Notes: generated from the sequence alone by a model not told the origin. 53,553 nt of DNA from a virus (IMGVR_UViG_3300039071_000075:1-53553), one strand, 5' to 3'. Shown: positions 7,225-17,606, numbered from the stretch's first letter. Numbers and translations are program-made.

Positions 7225-9078
7225 TTAGAAAGTCAGCTCGCAGAGTCCTCCAGAACACGCCAATTGTTCTGCTCTATTAGTATTATCCTCCAACTCCAAC
7301 ACTTTTGTTAAATCTATTTCATTAACCATCTTATTGTACTTTTCAAAAGTTTCTTTTGTACAATCTTCAAAAGGAGCCTGTTGGTAAATAGTGTCCGAAA
7401 AAGGAAGCAAACTTACTGCAGCATACTGGAATCTATCTTCCCAGAGTTTGTTAAACAAAAAAGGTACTTCCTCTGGTTTATAGTTAATAGTACAGCTTAC
7501 GTTGTGAGTATTAGCTCCCTCTCTATGTCCGGGAAGAACCCAATTGTTATAGTAATGTTTAACTCTATCAAACAAGTCAACAGCGGACTCTTTGTGTCTG
7601 GTTATCGCTCCTTGTGGAGATTCTTGTGGAATGGTAACTACTACTCCACTCGGAGAAAATAGATCGTCCTCTACCAACTCCGGAACAACTCTAGCTAAAT
7701 AACGTGCTAGTTCATCGTCTTTGTTCATTCTGATTCGTCGTAGGTAATATTCACTATGGCGAGCGTGGATTCCGGAGCTAGAGCCAAGAACGCAGGAAGC
7801 CGTGCCTTCAGGCTTAATCGCAGTAGTCCTAGCAGCGATATTGGTTCCAATCTTTTTGGCGTATTTTTCGTTGACTTCCAGTACCGTTTTAGCTGCATCT
7901 CGTAACTGGAGTTCTCCGATGTTTGCAGAGTCCGCAATTCCGGTAAAAGAGCATCCAATAAGAGCTTCTCGATCAGTAACATCTTTCCACTTCTGAGAAA
8001 GGTAAGGAAAATCAGTAAAACCAGCTTGAAGGGTTCCAAGCAGTGCGGCTGCATAAACGCGATTGTGAAAGTCTTTCTCATTCTTTATTCCCGTAAGATT
8101 TGTAGTCGTGAGATTGCAGAATTGATTTGACTGTAGACCAATTTCAGCACATGGATTAGTTCCCCATTCAATATCATTTGTCCAAAAAAATCCCGGTTCT
8201 CCTGCATTAGAAGCAATACACATGTCATATACATTTTTAAATTCCTCAAACGTAGTTTCATGTCGGGGTAAAACAGCGGAGTTGTTTGCTCTAGCTCTAT
8301 GCGGGTGTTTTTCCCACCAAGGTCCGTGCTTTGATGTTAACATATCTTTATCATTTCTATCAAATAAAGAAATCAAGGCTGCTCTGCGAATTCCGCCGGA
8401 AAGAACACAGTCTGCTACTAGACAGATAATGTCATGTACCTCTAGAGAGCTTAGTCTTCTGTGTAGACTTTTCTTTAGCAATTCTTCTACCTTTTCTAAC
8501 ATTCTCTTGAGAGGCTCTGGTCCGGGAGCTTTTGCTCCTGTGGTAACTAGGTAAGAACCTTTAGCGCGAACCTTGCTGAAGTCAAAAATAGGTCGAATAG
8601 CTCCATAAAAATAAGCAGACATCAATTGATTTAATGCTTCTGCCCATCCCTCAATAGAATCATGAACGACATAAATTACCTCTTCCTTCGGTTTTCTAAT
8701 AGGAGGTAGTTGCTTTATATGGTGATTTTGAACAGAAAATCCAAATCCTGTACCGGAGAGCAAAAGAAACAGAGCTTCTGCAAAAACTCTAGGATATGTA
8801 ATATTGGCGAAAGAACAATTGAACAGGCGCACATTGTTCCTAACAACCGCCTCTCCCCCAAACTGAAGAGATCTCATAGATGGCATTGTGCTAAGATCAT
8901 GAACTTGCTTAAAGGCTTTAATAATATCTCTACTGAGTTTTGGATACTGTTCCAAAAACATTGTAAGATTTCGGTTTAGAGTTTCTTCTAAACTTTCTCT
9001 TCGATTAAATGCGTTTAAGTGTTTAGCGTAGGTACGATACGCGACGATTTCGCTTAGCAAGCGATTTGATTTATTCAT
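7225..9078 (-). CDS. nrdJ: class II (adenosylcobalamin-dependent) ribonucleotide reductase, monomeric RTPR type
   Basis: NPCAEI active-site motif, TAIKPEGT, GGIRRAALI, C-terminal CSGGLC pair; no beta subunit adjacent. Confidence 0.92.
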   Translation of the reverse strand: MNKSNRLLSEIVAYRTYAKHLNAFNRRESLEETLNRNLTMFLEQYPKLSRDIIKAFKQVHDLSTMPSMRSLQFGGEAVVRNNVRLFNCSFANITYPRVFAEALFLLLSGTGFGFSVQNHHIKQLPPIRKPKEEVIYVVHDSIEGWAEALNQLMSAYFYGAIRPIFDFSKVRAKGSYLVTTGAKAPGPEPLKRMLEKVEELLKKSLHRRLSSLEVHDIICLVADCVLSGGIRRAALISLFDRNDKDMLTSKHGPWWEKHPHRARANNSAVLPRHETTFEEFKNVYDMCIASNAGEPGFFWTNDIEWGTNPCAEIGLQSNQFCNLTTTNLTGIKNEKDFHNRVYAAALLGTLQAGFTDFPYLSQKWKDVTDREALIGCSFTGIADSANIGELQLRDAAKTVLEVNEKYAKKIGTNIAARTTAIKPEGTASCVLGSSSGIHARHSEYYLRRIRMNKDDELARYLARVVPELVEDDLFSPSGVVVTIPQESPQGAITRHKESAVDLFDRVKHYYNNWVLPGHREGANTHNVSCTINYKPEEVPFLFNKLWEDRFQYAAVSLLPFSDTIYQQAPFEDCTKETFEKYNKMVNEIDLTKVLELEDNTNRAEQLACSGGLCELTF

Positions 9079-9093
9079 ATGCCTCCCCTAGAA

Positions 9094-10116
9094 TTATGTA
9101 AGTCTAATCTCTCGAGTTTTCCCAAAATGTTTCTTAAGCATCTTGTTTTTCTCTTCAATTAGTTTACCACATTCTTGGAAAGATTTGCCTGTTTTTTTGT
9201 GCTGAAAACATATCTCACGAATGTCTACGATGGGCATATTTTCTGTAAGTTTTAGCTCATCACTAGAAGCTTCTCTTTTCAGATACAGAGCGATTAATTT
9301 TGATCTAGCTTCAGAACTTGGATATTCTACTCTTACGAATAAATCGATTCTTCCATTTCTAATGATGTTTTCTGGTATAGCTTCCGGGTAGTTTGTAGAT
9401 AGAAAATAAATAGAATTACTTACAGATCTAGATCCGTCCAAAAAGTCAAGCATTTCTCTAACATCGTCGGAGGATTCTAGCAAAGATACCGCTTCCTCAA
9501 ATACTAAAATCTTTAATCTATTTTTGGTTGACTTCTCTAGTTTTTCCAAGAATTTACGAGAAGGTACTCCATCTAGGAATATAACTATAGCTTCTCTTTT
9601 CTTTATAAACTTTCTAAGGTAAGAAGTCTTGCCTGTTCCGGGAGGACCAAAGAGAAGGACGCCTAGTTTGTAGATCGATTGAGAATCGTCATACAACTGC
9701 TTGTTCTGAATAAAATTATCAATAGAAGAATCTAGATTAGATAAGCTCTCCATCAAATCTACATAACTGTCTTGTCGTATTTCTGTTGGAATTAGTCTCT
9801 CCGGTATTCCTGAACTTCCATACTCATGAGAATATACTCCATTTGGCAAGGCTTCTGGAGAGTTAGTGGGCTGGGATGGAGTGTAAATCTTTGCTAAGTT
9901 GTCAGACAACACTTCGTAATTGTCTTTTTTATTCATAGCCTCGACTAAGTCTTCGACATTTGGAAAGCTTACGAGATTACTTTTACTTTTGATAAAAGGA
10001 CTATAGTATTCTCCAGATGGGGTTTGGAATCTATACCAGATCTCATCTAAAGACTCTTGCTTTACTTCCTCTCCAGCACTCTCCTCGATTCTTCCTAGAA
10101 GTTTTTCTATGTTCAT
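9094..10116 (-). CDS. AAA+ ATPase (single AAA domain)
   Basis: Walker A GPPGTGKT, Walker B ILVFEE, sensor-1 STN, SRH RNGRID. Confidence 0.9.
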   Translation of the reverse strand: MNIEKLLGRIEESAGEEVKQESLDEIWYRFQTPSGEYYSPFIKSKSNLVSFPNVEDLVEAMNKKDNYEVLSDNLAKIYTPSQPTNSPEALPNGVYSHEYGSSGIPERLIPTEIRQDSYVDLMESLSNLDSSIDNFIQNKQLYDDSQSIYKLGVLLFGPPGTGKTSYLRKFIKKREAIVIFLDGVPSRKFLEKLEKSTKNRLKILVFEEAVSLLESSDDVREMLDFLDGSRSVSNSIYFLSTNYPEAIPENIIRNGRIDLFVRVEYPSSEARSKLIALYLKREASSDELKLTENMPIVDIREICFQHKKTGKSFQECGKLIEEKNKMLKKHFGKTREIRLT

Positions 10117-10490
10117 GGAGTGTTTCTTGTGGAGGGATTGTTTTTGATCTTAGAAGATAACTCTACGCGAACTTGTTCCATTTCCGCTCTAGCAGTTTCT
10201 GCTTGAGATAATAGCTCTTGTCTTTCTTGCTCATCTCTTTCCGTATCTTTGTTTAGGAATGTAGTGGCTTTTTCAAGAGAATCAATAACAACTTCGCAGA
10301 ATTCAAGAACCGACTCAGCTTCTCCTCTGCTTAGATTATAGTACAGTGCATTTGTGGGAGAAATCTTCTCATACAGATTATTGAAAGCTTCTGCAAGTTC
10401 GAGATCTGATCCAGCTATCGCATTTCTTTTTGAAGCATCGAATACTTCCAGAAGATAAGCTCTTTGATTTTCATTCAAATACAATTTCAT
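10113..10490 (-). CDS. helical hypothetical protein
   Basis: 125-aa ORF coupled to the AAA gene. Confidence 0.6.
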   Translation of the reverse strand: MKLYLNENQRAYLLEVFDASKRNAIAGSDLELAEAFNNLYEKISPTNALYYNLSRGEAESVLEFCEVVIDSLEKATTFLNKDTERDEQERQELLSQAETARAEMEQVRVELSSKIKNNPSTRNTP

Positions 10491-10758
10491 TGGGAGAATC
10501 CTCGTCTTTTTTATTTAATCGCTCGTAACATTCATCGCTTAATTTTAATCTGACTGAAATACCTCTATCCGTTATAGCAAGATAAAAAACTCCTAAACCA
10601 TCCCAGTGAACTTTTTGGGATTTTTTAAGAGTCTCCAATAGTTCAAAAGAAGCTACTTTTAGTATAGCATCTACGTCAAGGTAGTTCAAATTTATTTTCT
10701 TTGAAACTTTTTTAGCAAGTCTGTTAACTTTACCTATTCTATTTTTTAGTACAGCCAA
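10471..10758 (-). CDS. HU/IHF-like DNA-binding protein (divergent)
   Basis: Two helices then KVHWDGLGVF, resembling the HU V.L.GFG.F turn. Confidence 0.6.
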   Translation of the reverse strand: MAVLKNRIGKVNRLAKKVSKKINLNYLDVDAILKVASFELLETLKKSQKVHWDGLGVFYLAITDRGISVRLKLSDECYERLNKKDEDSPNEIVFE

Positions 10759-11147
10759 GTTCTCTTTCCTGATTTTTTAGCTTCTCGAACGTCTACATGT
10801 ACAAATCTTTTATTACGACCATCGCCAATATTGTCAAATATATCATAACATATTTCGTATAGAGTATCTAGTTCGTCTAAAGTTACTAAAGTGGGTTGGA
10901 TATCTGCAGCTAATCCAGAGACATGAGAACTACCTACCTTACCGCCAATCGCAACGTTATGCTCCGGACATCGATACCCTGACGTAACCCTGATAGGTTT
11001 TCCGTATTTCTCTCTAACCTGATCTAAAAGATCTAGTAATTCTGAAGATATATACTGCTCGTCGCACTTCTTGCATGAACACTGGAATTCTTTAGAAGTG
11101 AAGTATTTAGAAAGTTTCTTGGATTCGTTCTTTTTGAATGTTATCAT
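10746..11147 (-). CDS. peptidase M15A (Zn D-Ala-D-Ala peptidase-like), putative endolysin
   Basis: SGYRCPEHN, SSH...AADI, FVHVD motifs; GGGAGG RBS before MITFKK (11147). Confidence 0.88.
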   Translation of the reverse strand: MITFKKNESKKLSKYFTSKEFQCSCKKCDEQYISSELLDLLDQVREKYGKPIRVTSGYRCPEHNVAIGGKVGSSHVSGLAADIQPTLVTLDELDTLYEICYDIFDNIGDGRNKRFVHVDVREAKKSGKRTWLY

Positions 11148-11163
11148 AATAGCCTCCCTACAC

Positions 11164-11173
11164 ACATTTGTTA
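11164..11173 (-). promoter_or_regulatory. putative late promoter box (TAACAAATGT on minus strand)
   Basis: Motif core directly upstream of the M15 peptidase RBS. Confidence 0.5.
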
Positions 11174-11401
11174 TAATATTCCTATATTAAAGCGGTGCGT
11201 CACTAGTAAAATTAAATGTTTAGTAGGTGTTGAATGAAAAATATATGCGATTATTAGTATACTGTTGAGTTATACGGATATACGAATAGCAGCTCGTTTA
11301 AAACTCGCTGCGTAAAGTTTAGTACTCTGTATAGTATATATGTACCAGTTTTTTAGAATCTGTGCAAATTATTTTTTTAGTGTGCATTTATTTTCGTTTT
11401 A

Positions 11402-11412
11402 TAACAAATATA
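11402..11412 (+). promoter_or_regulatory. putative late promoter box (TAACAAATATA)
   Basis: Start of the late + strand block. Confidence 0.65.
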
Positions 11413-11502
11413 TACGAGACCTAGTAAGTTCGGAAGTTCCTTTTGGAATAAAACTTTTACAAGCGATTAACACGAAGTCTCTTTTTAACATAGGAATTTA
11501 AA

Positions 11503-11778
11503 ATGAAAAATGTAGATATAATGCTCATTTTGATAACTTTTTTTGTCTGCAGAATCATAGCCTTATCAGCAGGTTACGCAGACGCCCTATGCCTAGTTGG
11601 CTTGCTTGCATTTAAACTCGCGGCAGAATACCTAAGACAAAAACAAACTAACTCTGAAGTAATGATCAAGGTTGAGTCTCACGAAAGTCAGATTCACCGA
11701 ATGAACGAAGAGCTACAAAAAGTTAAAACTTCTTCAGAGGGCATCAAAGCCGCGTTCAACCTTACAAGTAAGCGGTAG
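11503..11778 (+). CDS. membrane protein with coiled coil
   Basis: Two hydrophobic segments then heptad-like C-terminus. Confidence 0.6.
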   Translation: MKNVDIMLILITFFVCRIIALSAGYADALCLVGLLAFKLAAEYLRQKQTNSEVMIKVESHESQIHRMNEELQKVKTSSEGIKAAFNLTSKR

Positions 11779-11780
11779 TT

Positions 11781-12200
11781 ATGAAACTAGTCAGCTACGA
11801 AGAAGTTTCTGAAATTGTAAAGCAGAATGATGAGCTTAAGAAGTATGCAGAAAAGCTTACTCAGACAAACGTAGATCTGCAGAATCAACTAAATAAAGCT
11901 AAAGATAAACTTGAACACTTAGAGCAAGTCGTTAAGTTTTCAAATAATCCTATTGCAGTTGGGTCTAATGAAGAAGAGCTTTGTAAGTTGGAGATCAATA
12001 GACTCTATCAACTAGCAAAAGCAGCTCCTTTGGAATTCAACCAAGTAAAATCATTTGAGATATACGTTAAATCTCTTATGCTGATACGAGGCAAAACAGT
12101 AGACGATTCTAAAAGTAAAAAGCCAGTCAAGGCTACTTTAGATCACGATCAACTGCTGCAACTAGCAATGCAGGTTGTAGATGACAGTAGCGAACAATAA
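11781..12200 (+). CDS. putative terminase small subunit
   Basis: Position directly upstream of and overlapping TerL; helical (positional inference only). Confidence 0.45.
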   Translation: MKLVSYEEVSEIVKQNDELKKYAEKLTQTNVDLQNQLNKAKDKLEHLEQVVKFSNNPIAVGSNEEELCKLEINRLYQLAKAAPLEFNQVKSFEIYVKSLMLIRGKTVDDSKSKKPVKATLDHDQLLQLAMQVVDDSSEQ

Positions 12201-13617
12201 TCCCAATCCTAGTATCACTCCCCAGCAAGCAAGAGAAATCCTTTGGAGAAAAGGGAAGATCACTGATTTTCTCCTTGATTCTAATCAAAAAGTCCTAAGA
12301 GATCAGATAAGAAACAACAAGAGGAAAACTCACGTTGCAGTATTTTCTCGACAGTCGGGCAAAAGCTATGGAGCTTTAGGCATTGCCATAGAAGAGTGCT
12401 TATCTCGCAATAATATTACAGTATGTTATGTAGCTCCTCGATTGAAACAGGGTAAGAAGATTGTTAAGTCTAACTTTGAAGAATTACTAAAATCATGCCC
12501 TCCGGATCTCAAGCCTAAGTTCGACCGAGACTCTTCCTCTTATATTTTCCCCTCCACTAAAAGTAAAATAGAACTGTATGGATTTAATGCCGAAGAGATA
12601 GAATCAGCTCGTGGTCCCAAGGCTCATTTAATAATTATCGACGAGTGCGGATTCATGAGTGATTTGAAGTACGGACTTAAGTCAGTGCTATATCCTAAGC
12701 TCAACTCTACAAAGGGAGCTATGATCCTAGTATCTACGCTACCTAGATCGCAAGGTCACGAGTTCTGGGAGATCGTTAAACAAGCTGAATATAAAGAAAC
12801 TTTATTGAAAAGAGATATTTATCAGTGCCCCAGATATACAAAAGAAGACATTGATGGATTCGCAGAAGAAGTCGGCGGATATGACTCTGTAGATTTTAAA
12901 CGAGAATACCTGAATATCATGATAACTGATGAAGATCACGCAGTTATACCAGAAGCCAACGAAGAGTCCCTTTCTAAAATAGTAAAACCGTATACAAGAC
13001 CTCCGTATTATGACTGTTATGTTTCGATGGATATTGGAGTTAAGGATTTAACTGGTATACTATATGCGTACTATGACTTTATTGGAGGAAAAGTAGTAAT
13101 TGAAGATGAGGCTACCTTTAGAGGAAGATCTTTCACTACTGCAAATTTGGCGGTTTCGGTTAAAAAAACAGAAGAGCAGCTATGGGGATTTAAGAAACCT
13201 TTTATAAGAGTTGCAGATAATAACAACTTGATTTTACTTAATGATTTGTCAATTGACTACGGAATATCGTTTATTCCCACCGCAAAAGACAACAAGCATG
13301 CGTGGATAAATCAAATAAGAATTCTAATTGCGGAGGAGAGACTAATAATCAATCCTAAGTGTAAGCAGTTGATTTTTCATTTAAAGAACGCAACGTGGAA
13401 TAAAAATAAGACGGAGTATGAAAGATCTCTAGATGGCGGACACTACGATTTGATTGATGCATTAGCCTATCTTATTAGAAATATTGCGTATTCTCACAAT
13501 CCATACCCGAAAGGTTATGGTTTGGCACAGGGAGATGGGGTATTTAGACTACAGGAAACCGAAAGAACTAAGTTCGAAGAACATATAATGAGCATTTTTA
13601 GCTATAGAAAGAATTAA
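12181..13617 (+). CDS. terL: terminase large subunit
   Basis: Walker A SRQSGKS, Walker B LIIIDE, coupling ST, nuclease SMDIG and DLIDALAY. Confidence 0.93.
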   Translation: MTVANNNPNPSITPQQAREILWRKGKITDFLLDSNQKVLRDQIRNNKRKTHVAVFSRQSGKSYGALGIAIEECLSRNNITVCYVAPRLKQGKKIVKSNFEELLKSCPPDLKPKFDRDSSSYIFPSTKSKIELYGFNAEEIESARGPKAHLIIIDECGFMSDLKYGLKSVLYPKLNSTKGAMILVSTLPRSQGHEFWEIVKQAEYKETLLKRDIYQCPRYTKEDIDGFAEEVGGYDSVDFKREYLNIMITDEDHAVIPEANEESLSKIVKPYTRPPYYDCYVSMDIGVKDLTGILYAYYDFIGGKVVIEDEATFRGRSFTTANLAVSVKKTEEQLWGFKKPFIRVADNNNLILLNDLSIDYGISFIPTAKDNKHAWINQIRILIAEERLIINPKCKQLIFHLKNATWNKNKTEYERSLDGGHYDLIDALAYLIRNIAYSHNPYPKGYGLAQGDGVFRLQETERTKFEEHIMSIFSYRKN

Positions 13618-13625
13618 ACAAATAC
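13616..13625 (+). promoter_or_regulatory. putative late promoter box (AAACAAATAC)
   Basis: Overlaps the terL stop, upstream of portal. Confidence 0.5.
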
Positions 13626-13639
13626 TATTAGAGGTTTAA

Positions 13640-15664
13640 ATGGACAAGAAGAGTTATTTTGCAGCAAGAGAAGGAAAAGAAGCCGCTTCTGTATTGCTAG
13701 AAAAAGCAAGCGACTGGACCAATAGCCTTACAACCAATGGCTACCTAGAGAAGCTTAAAGCCTGCTGGGCAGCTTACCATGGCGCATACTTCACTGATAC
13801 TAATTCCGGACACTCTATTACCTTTTCAGGTGAACAGGGTGAACTGGCACAACTTCCCGTTAACCATGTTAGAAATTTAGCTCAACACATGTATGTAATG
13901 ACGACCTCAAGTCGTCCATCCATGGAAGCTAGAGCTGCTAACTCCGATTACAGATCTAATGCTAAAGTAACTCTTGCGAATGGTCTTCTAGACTACTATA
14001 TGCGCGAAAAGAGACTTGAGAGATATATCAATAAAGCAGTGGAAATGAGCGTCGTATTAGGCGCAGGCTACGTTAAGATGGAGTGGGATGCTACTGCTGG
14101 AAGTATCGTAGAGGAAGACGAAGAAACAGGTGAAAAACTATATGAAGGAGACGTTCGATTTACCAATCTGTCTCCATTCGACGTAGTATTTGACGTGAAT
14201 CGTGAAGATAATGCACACGACTGGATACTTGTTCGCTCTTATAAGAACAAATTCGACCTAGCAGCTAAATATCCTGAGTTTGAAGATAAGATTCTTGAAC
14301 TTGACACAAAGAATTCTAAGGATAGATATTCTTTACAGGTTTTCAGAAAGATCGACTCTGATGAAGTTGAAATCTGGACTATGTATCATAGAAAGTCTGA
14401 CGCTATGCCTAAAGGCAGAGAGCTTATCTTCTTGTCTGAAGATATCATTATCTACGACGGACAACTCCCATACAGAAGAATCCCTGTATTTAAGATGAGT
14501 CCTAATGAAATTCTAGGAACTCCATTGGGTTATTCTAACTTGTTCGATCTGTTACCACTACAGGAGGGAATTAACCACCTGTATTCTGCTATCATGTCAA
14601 ACAACATTGCGTTTGCCACTCAAAACCTGTTTGTTAAGACAGGCTCTAACATAGATATTACAAATCTAGGCGGAGGATTGAACATTATTCAAGGTAATGA
14701 ACCTCCTCAAGTGCTTAACCTACTAGGAACTAGTCAAGAGACCTATAGCTTCTTGGCAATCCTAGAAGGCAAAATGGAACAGTTATCTGGTATTAACTCC
14801 GTAACACGAGGCACACCAGATCCTGCTCAGAACCTAAGATCAGGAAACTCTCTAGCTCTAGTTCAATCTATGGCTATTCAATTCCAGTCAGGTCTACAAA
14901 ACCAATACGTTCAACTTATCGAAGATCTTGGCGTTTGCTTGATTGAGATTCTACAAGATTATGCGCTGGCTCCTCGAGTTGCTTCTATTGTAGGAGTGAA
15001 TAATAAGCAGTACCTTGTATCGTTCAAAAGTACAGATCTTCCAGACATCAACAGAGTTATTGTAGATGTTGGTAACCCTCTTGCAAAAACAACTGCTGGA
15101 CGAGTTCAAATGGCAGAACAGTTGATGCAAATGAAACCGGATGAATTCTCTATTCAGCAATATGCGCAAGTTATAAATACAGGACGACTTGATCTTATGC
15201 TTGAAAGTCCAGTAGATCAGTCTAATCTTATTCAACAAGAAAACGAAAAACTCCTCAACGGAGAAAGTGTACCTGCTTTGATTATCGACGATCACAAAGA
15301 GCACATTCTACGACACAGAGTACTGTTGAATGACTTAGATGTAAGAACTGATCCCGAAAAAGCAGCTCTAATATTTAAACATATGGAAGAACATATTAAT
15401 CTTGCAAGAACATCTGATCCTGCAGTACTAACCATGACCAATCAACAACCTCTTGCTCCAGCTCCAGTTCCCATGACACCGGGAATGGATCTTGCAAATA
15501 ATCCAGAGCAGAACGCACAAGGGCAGTCTGCAATGACACAGGTAATGGAAGGATCAGCTCAGTCCATGAATCAGGAAATGCCGGGAACTCCAAGTCCAGC
15601 AACTCCTCCTGCGCCATTTGAAAACTTACCAACTACAACTGTGCCAGTTCCTTTAGGAAACTAA
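13640..15664 (+). CDS. portal protein (P22-like)
   Basis: Follows TerL; size; G.GYVK..WD and SPFDV motifs; Q/P-rich C-terminal tail. Confidence 0.85.
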   Translation: MDKKSYFAAREGKEAASVLLEKASDWTNSLTTNGYLEKLKACWAAYHGAYFTDTNSGHSITFSGEQGELAQLPVNHVRNLAQHMYVMTTSSRPSMEARAANSDYRSNAKVTLANGLLDYYMREKRLERYINKAVEMSVVLGAGYVKMEWDATAGSIVEEDEETGEKLYEGDVRFTNLSPFDVVFDVNREDNAHDWILVRSYKNKFDLAAKYPEFEDKILELDTKNSKDRYSLQVFRKIDSDEVEIWTMYHRKSDAMPKGRELIFLSEDIIIYDGQLPYRRIPVFKMSPNEILGTPLGYSNLFDLLPLQEGINHLYSAIMSNNIAFATQNLFVKTGSNIDITNLGGGLNIIQGNEPPQVLNLLGTSQETYSFLAILEGKMEQLSGINSVTRGTPDPAQNLRSGNSLALVQSMAIQFQSGLQNQYVQLIEDLGVCLIEILQDYALAPRVASIVGVNNKQYLVSFKSTDLPDINRVIVDVGNPLAKTTAGRVQMAEQLMQMKPDEFSIQQYAQVINTGRLDLMLESPVDQSNLIQQENEKLLNGESVPALIIDDHKEHILRHRVLLNDLDVRTDPEKAALIFKHMEEHINLARTSDPAVLTMTNQQPLAPAPVPMTPGMDLANNPEQNAQGQSAMTQVMEGSAQSMNQEMPGTPSPATPPAPFENLPTTTVPVPLGN

Positions 15665-15665
15665 A

Positions 15666-16673
15666 ATGTCAAAGAGATTAAAAGAAACTGACACCGCTGG
15701 GATTAATAAAATTTTACAATTAATTGCCAGCAACCCTTTAATCTCTTCCGAAGAGTTAGTTTTAAAGGCTAGAGAGATGGGATATTCTCCTGAAGACTTA
15801 ATAGATAAAGCACTCGGATCTGTTAAGTATGAAAAATCCGGAGCAAATCTGTCAAAACCTTTAGTAGATATTTTAAATGAAATATACCAAGACGATCCCA
15901 CTCCTGTAAACAGATATGTACTCAACCCCTTCTCTCCAAATCTTACTTCTGAAAAAGCTAAAAAATATGCAGAAGCTTTCATAGACGATCCCAGACTTCT
16001 GGGGCTTGAAACAGATCTCGACTTGGGGAGAAGCCGAAGACTCCCGTATGATGTAATAGTTAGAGACCGTAAGGGAGATCTTCCAAAACTTCAAGGAATA
16101 ACAGTAGGAGGGCACGAATTAAGACACGGAGTCGATTCTCTTATTCGTCCATCTTTTGAATCTCAAGGAAATGCGTTTCAACCAAAACATCATTTTGGAG
16201 ATATCTATGAAACCTCCGAACTTATCAGAGAAGCAAAGGATTTGCCCCCGGACTCCAAGGTTTTAAAAGAAATTCAAAAACAAGCTTCTAAGAATTTTCT
16301 AAATAAAAAAGTAAGACCATTTACAAAGCTTATGGGACTCTTGCCCGTTGGAGCTGGCGTAGCGGGTTTGCTTGCTGGAGCAAGTGCAGAAGACGCTTTG
16401 GCAGACTCTGTCATTCCCGGAGGAGTGGAGAGATTAGGAGAAGGCTCCGATATTGCTCCCGGTCCAGAAGTTACAAAATTTTCTCCAGACCCTGAGTTAT
16501 CCAGAGCCTCTGAGAAAGAGCTAAAGATGTTACAAGAATTTGGCAAAGGGGAGATTGTAGAAACTCCTAAAAACCCAGCACGGGACAGAATGGAGCAAAA
16601 TTTAAAAGCTCTAGATGAATTGAACGCGCAAATGGAACTAGAAAAAATGAAGAAGAGGATGGGGTATGAATGA
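15666..16673 (+). CDS. putative internal virion protein with HExxH motif, C-terminal KKRMGY tag
   Basis: GHELRH; Gly-rich hydrophobic helix; lies between portal and scaffold. Confidence 0.6.
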   Translation: MSKRLKETDTAGINKILQLIASNPLISSEELVLKAREMGYSPEDLIDKALGSVKYEKSGANLSKPLVDILNEIYQDDPTPVNRYVLNPFSPNLTSEKAKKYAEAFIDDPRLLGLETDLDLGRSRRLPYDVIVRDRKGDLPKLQGITVGGHELRHGVDSLIRPSFESQGNAFQPKHHFGDIYETSELIREAKDLPPDSKVLKEIQKQASKNFLNKKVRPFTKLMGLLPVGAGVAGLLAGASAEDALADSVIPGGVERLGEGSDIAPGPEVTKFSPDPELSRASEKELKMLQEFGKGEIVETPKNPARDRMEQNLKALDELNAQMELEKMKKRMGYE

Positions 16674-17013
16674 GGATATTTTAAAAAAAATGAGAATGAC
16701 AAACTCAACCAGTGCTCCTCAAATGGGAGAGCAGCCAGTTGAAGATATGGAACAAGATTCAGTTGATCAAACTGGACTAGCAGAATCCTTGCGAAATATA
16801 GCAAAACAGCAAGGTTCCTCTTCTGCTTTATCAAGAACTCTTCCTCAAGTCGATAGTATTCAGCAGTTGGCAGAGCATGTTAATTCTAATGAAATCCAAG
16901 AAGTCTCTCCAGAAGAAATGGCAATTCCGATAGCTCCAGAGCCACAAGCAGGAGAAATGTCGGGAGATTATAATAGCTATATAAACCTACGAAAAAAGAT
17001 GATGGGATTTTAA
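16666..17013 (+). CDS. acidic low-complexity protein, C-terminal KKMMGF tag
   Basis: Translationally coupled; shares C-terminus with neighbours. Confidence 0.6.
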   Translation: MNEDILKKMRMTNSTSAPQMGEQPVEDMEQDSVDQTGLAESLRNIAKQQGSSSALSRTLPQVDSIQQLAEHVNSNEIQEVSPEEMAIPIAPEPQAGEMSGDYNSYINLRKKMMGF

Positions 17014-17014
17014 A

Positions 17015-17602
17015 ATGAGTAAGACTTTTAAAAACTATCTTCGGAAAGCAGAAGAGGAAACTAGAAAGCTTGATATGGATTCTATAATTAAGAAGGCATC
17101 CGAATCAAACCCACTAGATGAAATATCTCCAGATCTCGAAGAAGATATTAAACTTAAAAATTTATTAGGACAAATAAGATCTCAGAAATTAATGGCAGAT
17201 GCCGGACTATCTGCATATAAAGAACAGATTCCTAAGAATCTAAAAGTAGCAAAAGAACTTGCTAAAAAAATAGCAGAAAAAATAGCAGCTCAAGGCGGGA
17301 AGAAAGTATTGATGGCAGTGTCGGGAGTAGGTACTGCACTAGATGCACTTGCCTCTGATCCTCTAAATCAAAACGAACAATCTGAGGTAATGGAAAAAAG
17401 AAGACAGCAGTTTGCCGATAATGAAATATTAAAAAATCTCGGCAATAATCCTTCCAAACTAGAAGAGTTGAAAAAGAAATCTGAGGAATTGTCGAGAACT
17501 TCTTTGTTAGACAGCCCAAATCTTATTGAAACTGAAGAAAGTCAGGCTCCCGATTTTTCTAGATATCTAAATGACCGCAAAAAAACAATGGGTTATAGAT
17601 AA
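17015..17602 (+). CDS. helical protein, C-terminal KKTMGY tag
   Basis: Coupled; shares C-terminus with neighbours. Confidence 0.6.
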   Translation: MSKTFKNYLRKAEEETRKLDMDSIIKKASESNPLDEISPDLEEDIKLKNLLGQIRSQKLMADAGLSAYKEQIPKNLKVAKELAKKIAEKIAAQGGKKVLMAVSGVGTALDALASDPLNQNEQSEVMEKRRQQFADNEILKNLGNNPSKLEELKKKSEELSRTSLLDSPNLIETEESQAPDFSRYLNDRKKTMGYR

Positions 17603-17606
17603 AAAA

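Noticed and set aside
11335-11367. Minus-strand sigma70 promoter TTGCAC-N17-TACATA
   Set aside because: Poor -10 match in an AT-rich region; not supportable
7225-13617. Inteins or introns in RNR and terminase
   Set aside because: Both are continuous and of normal length with no splicing motifs
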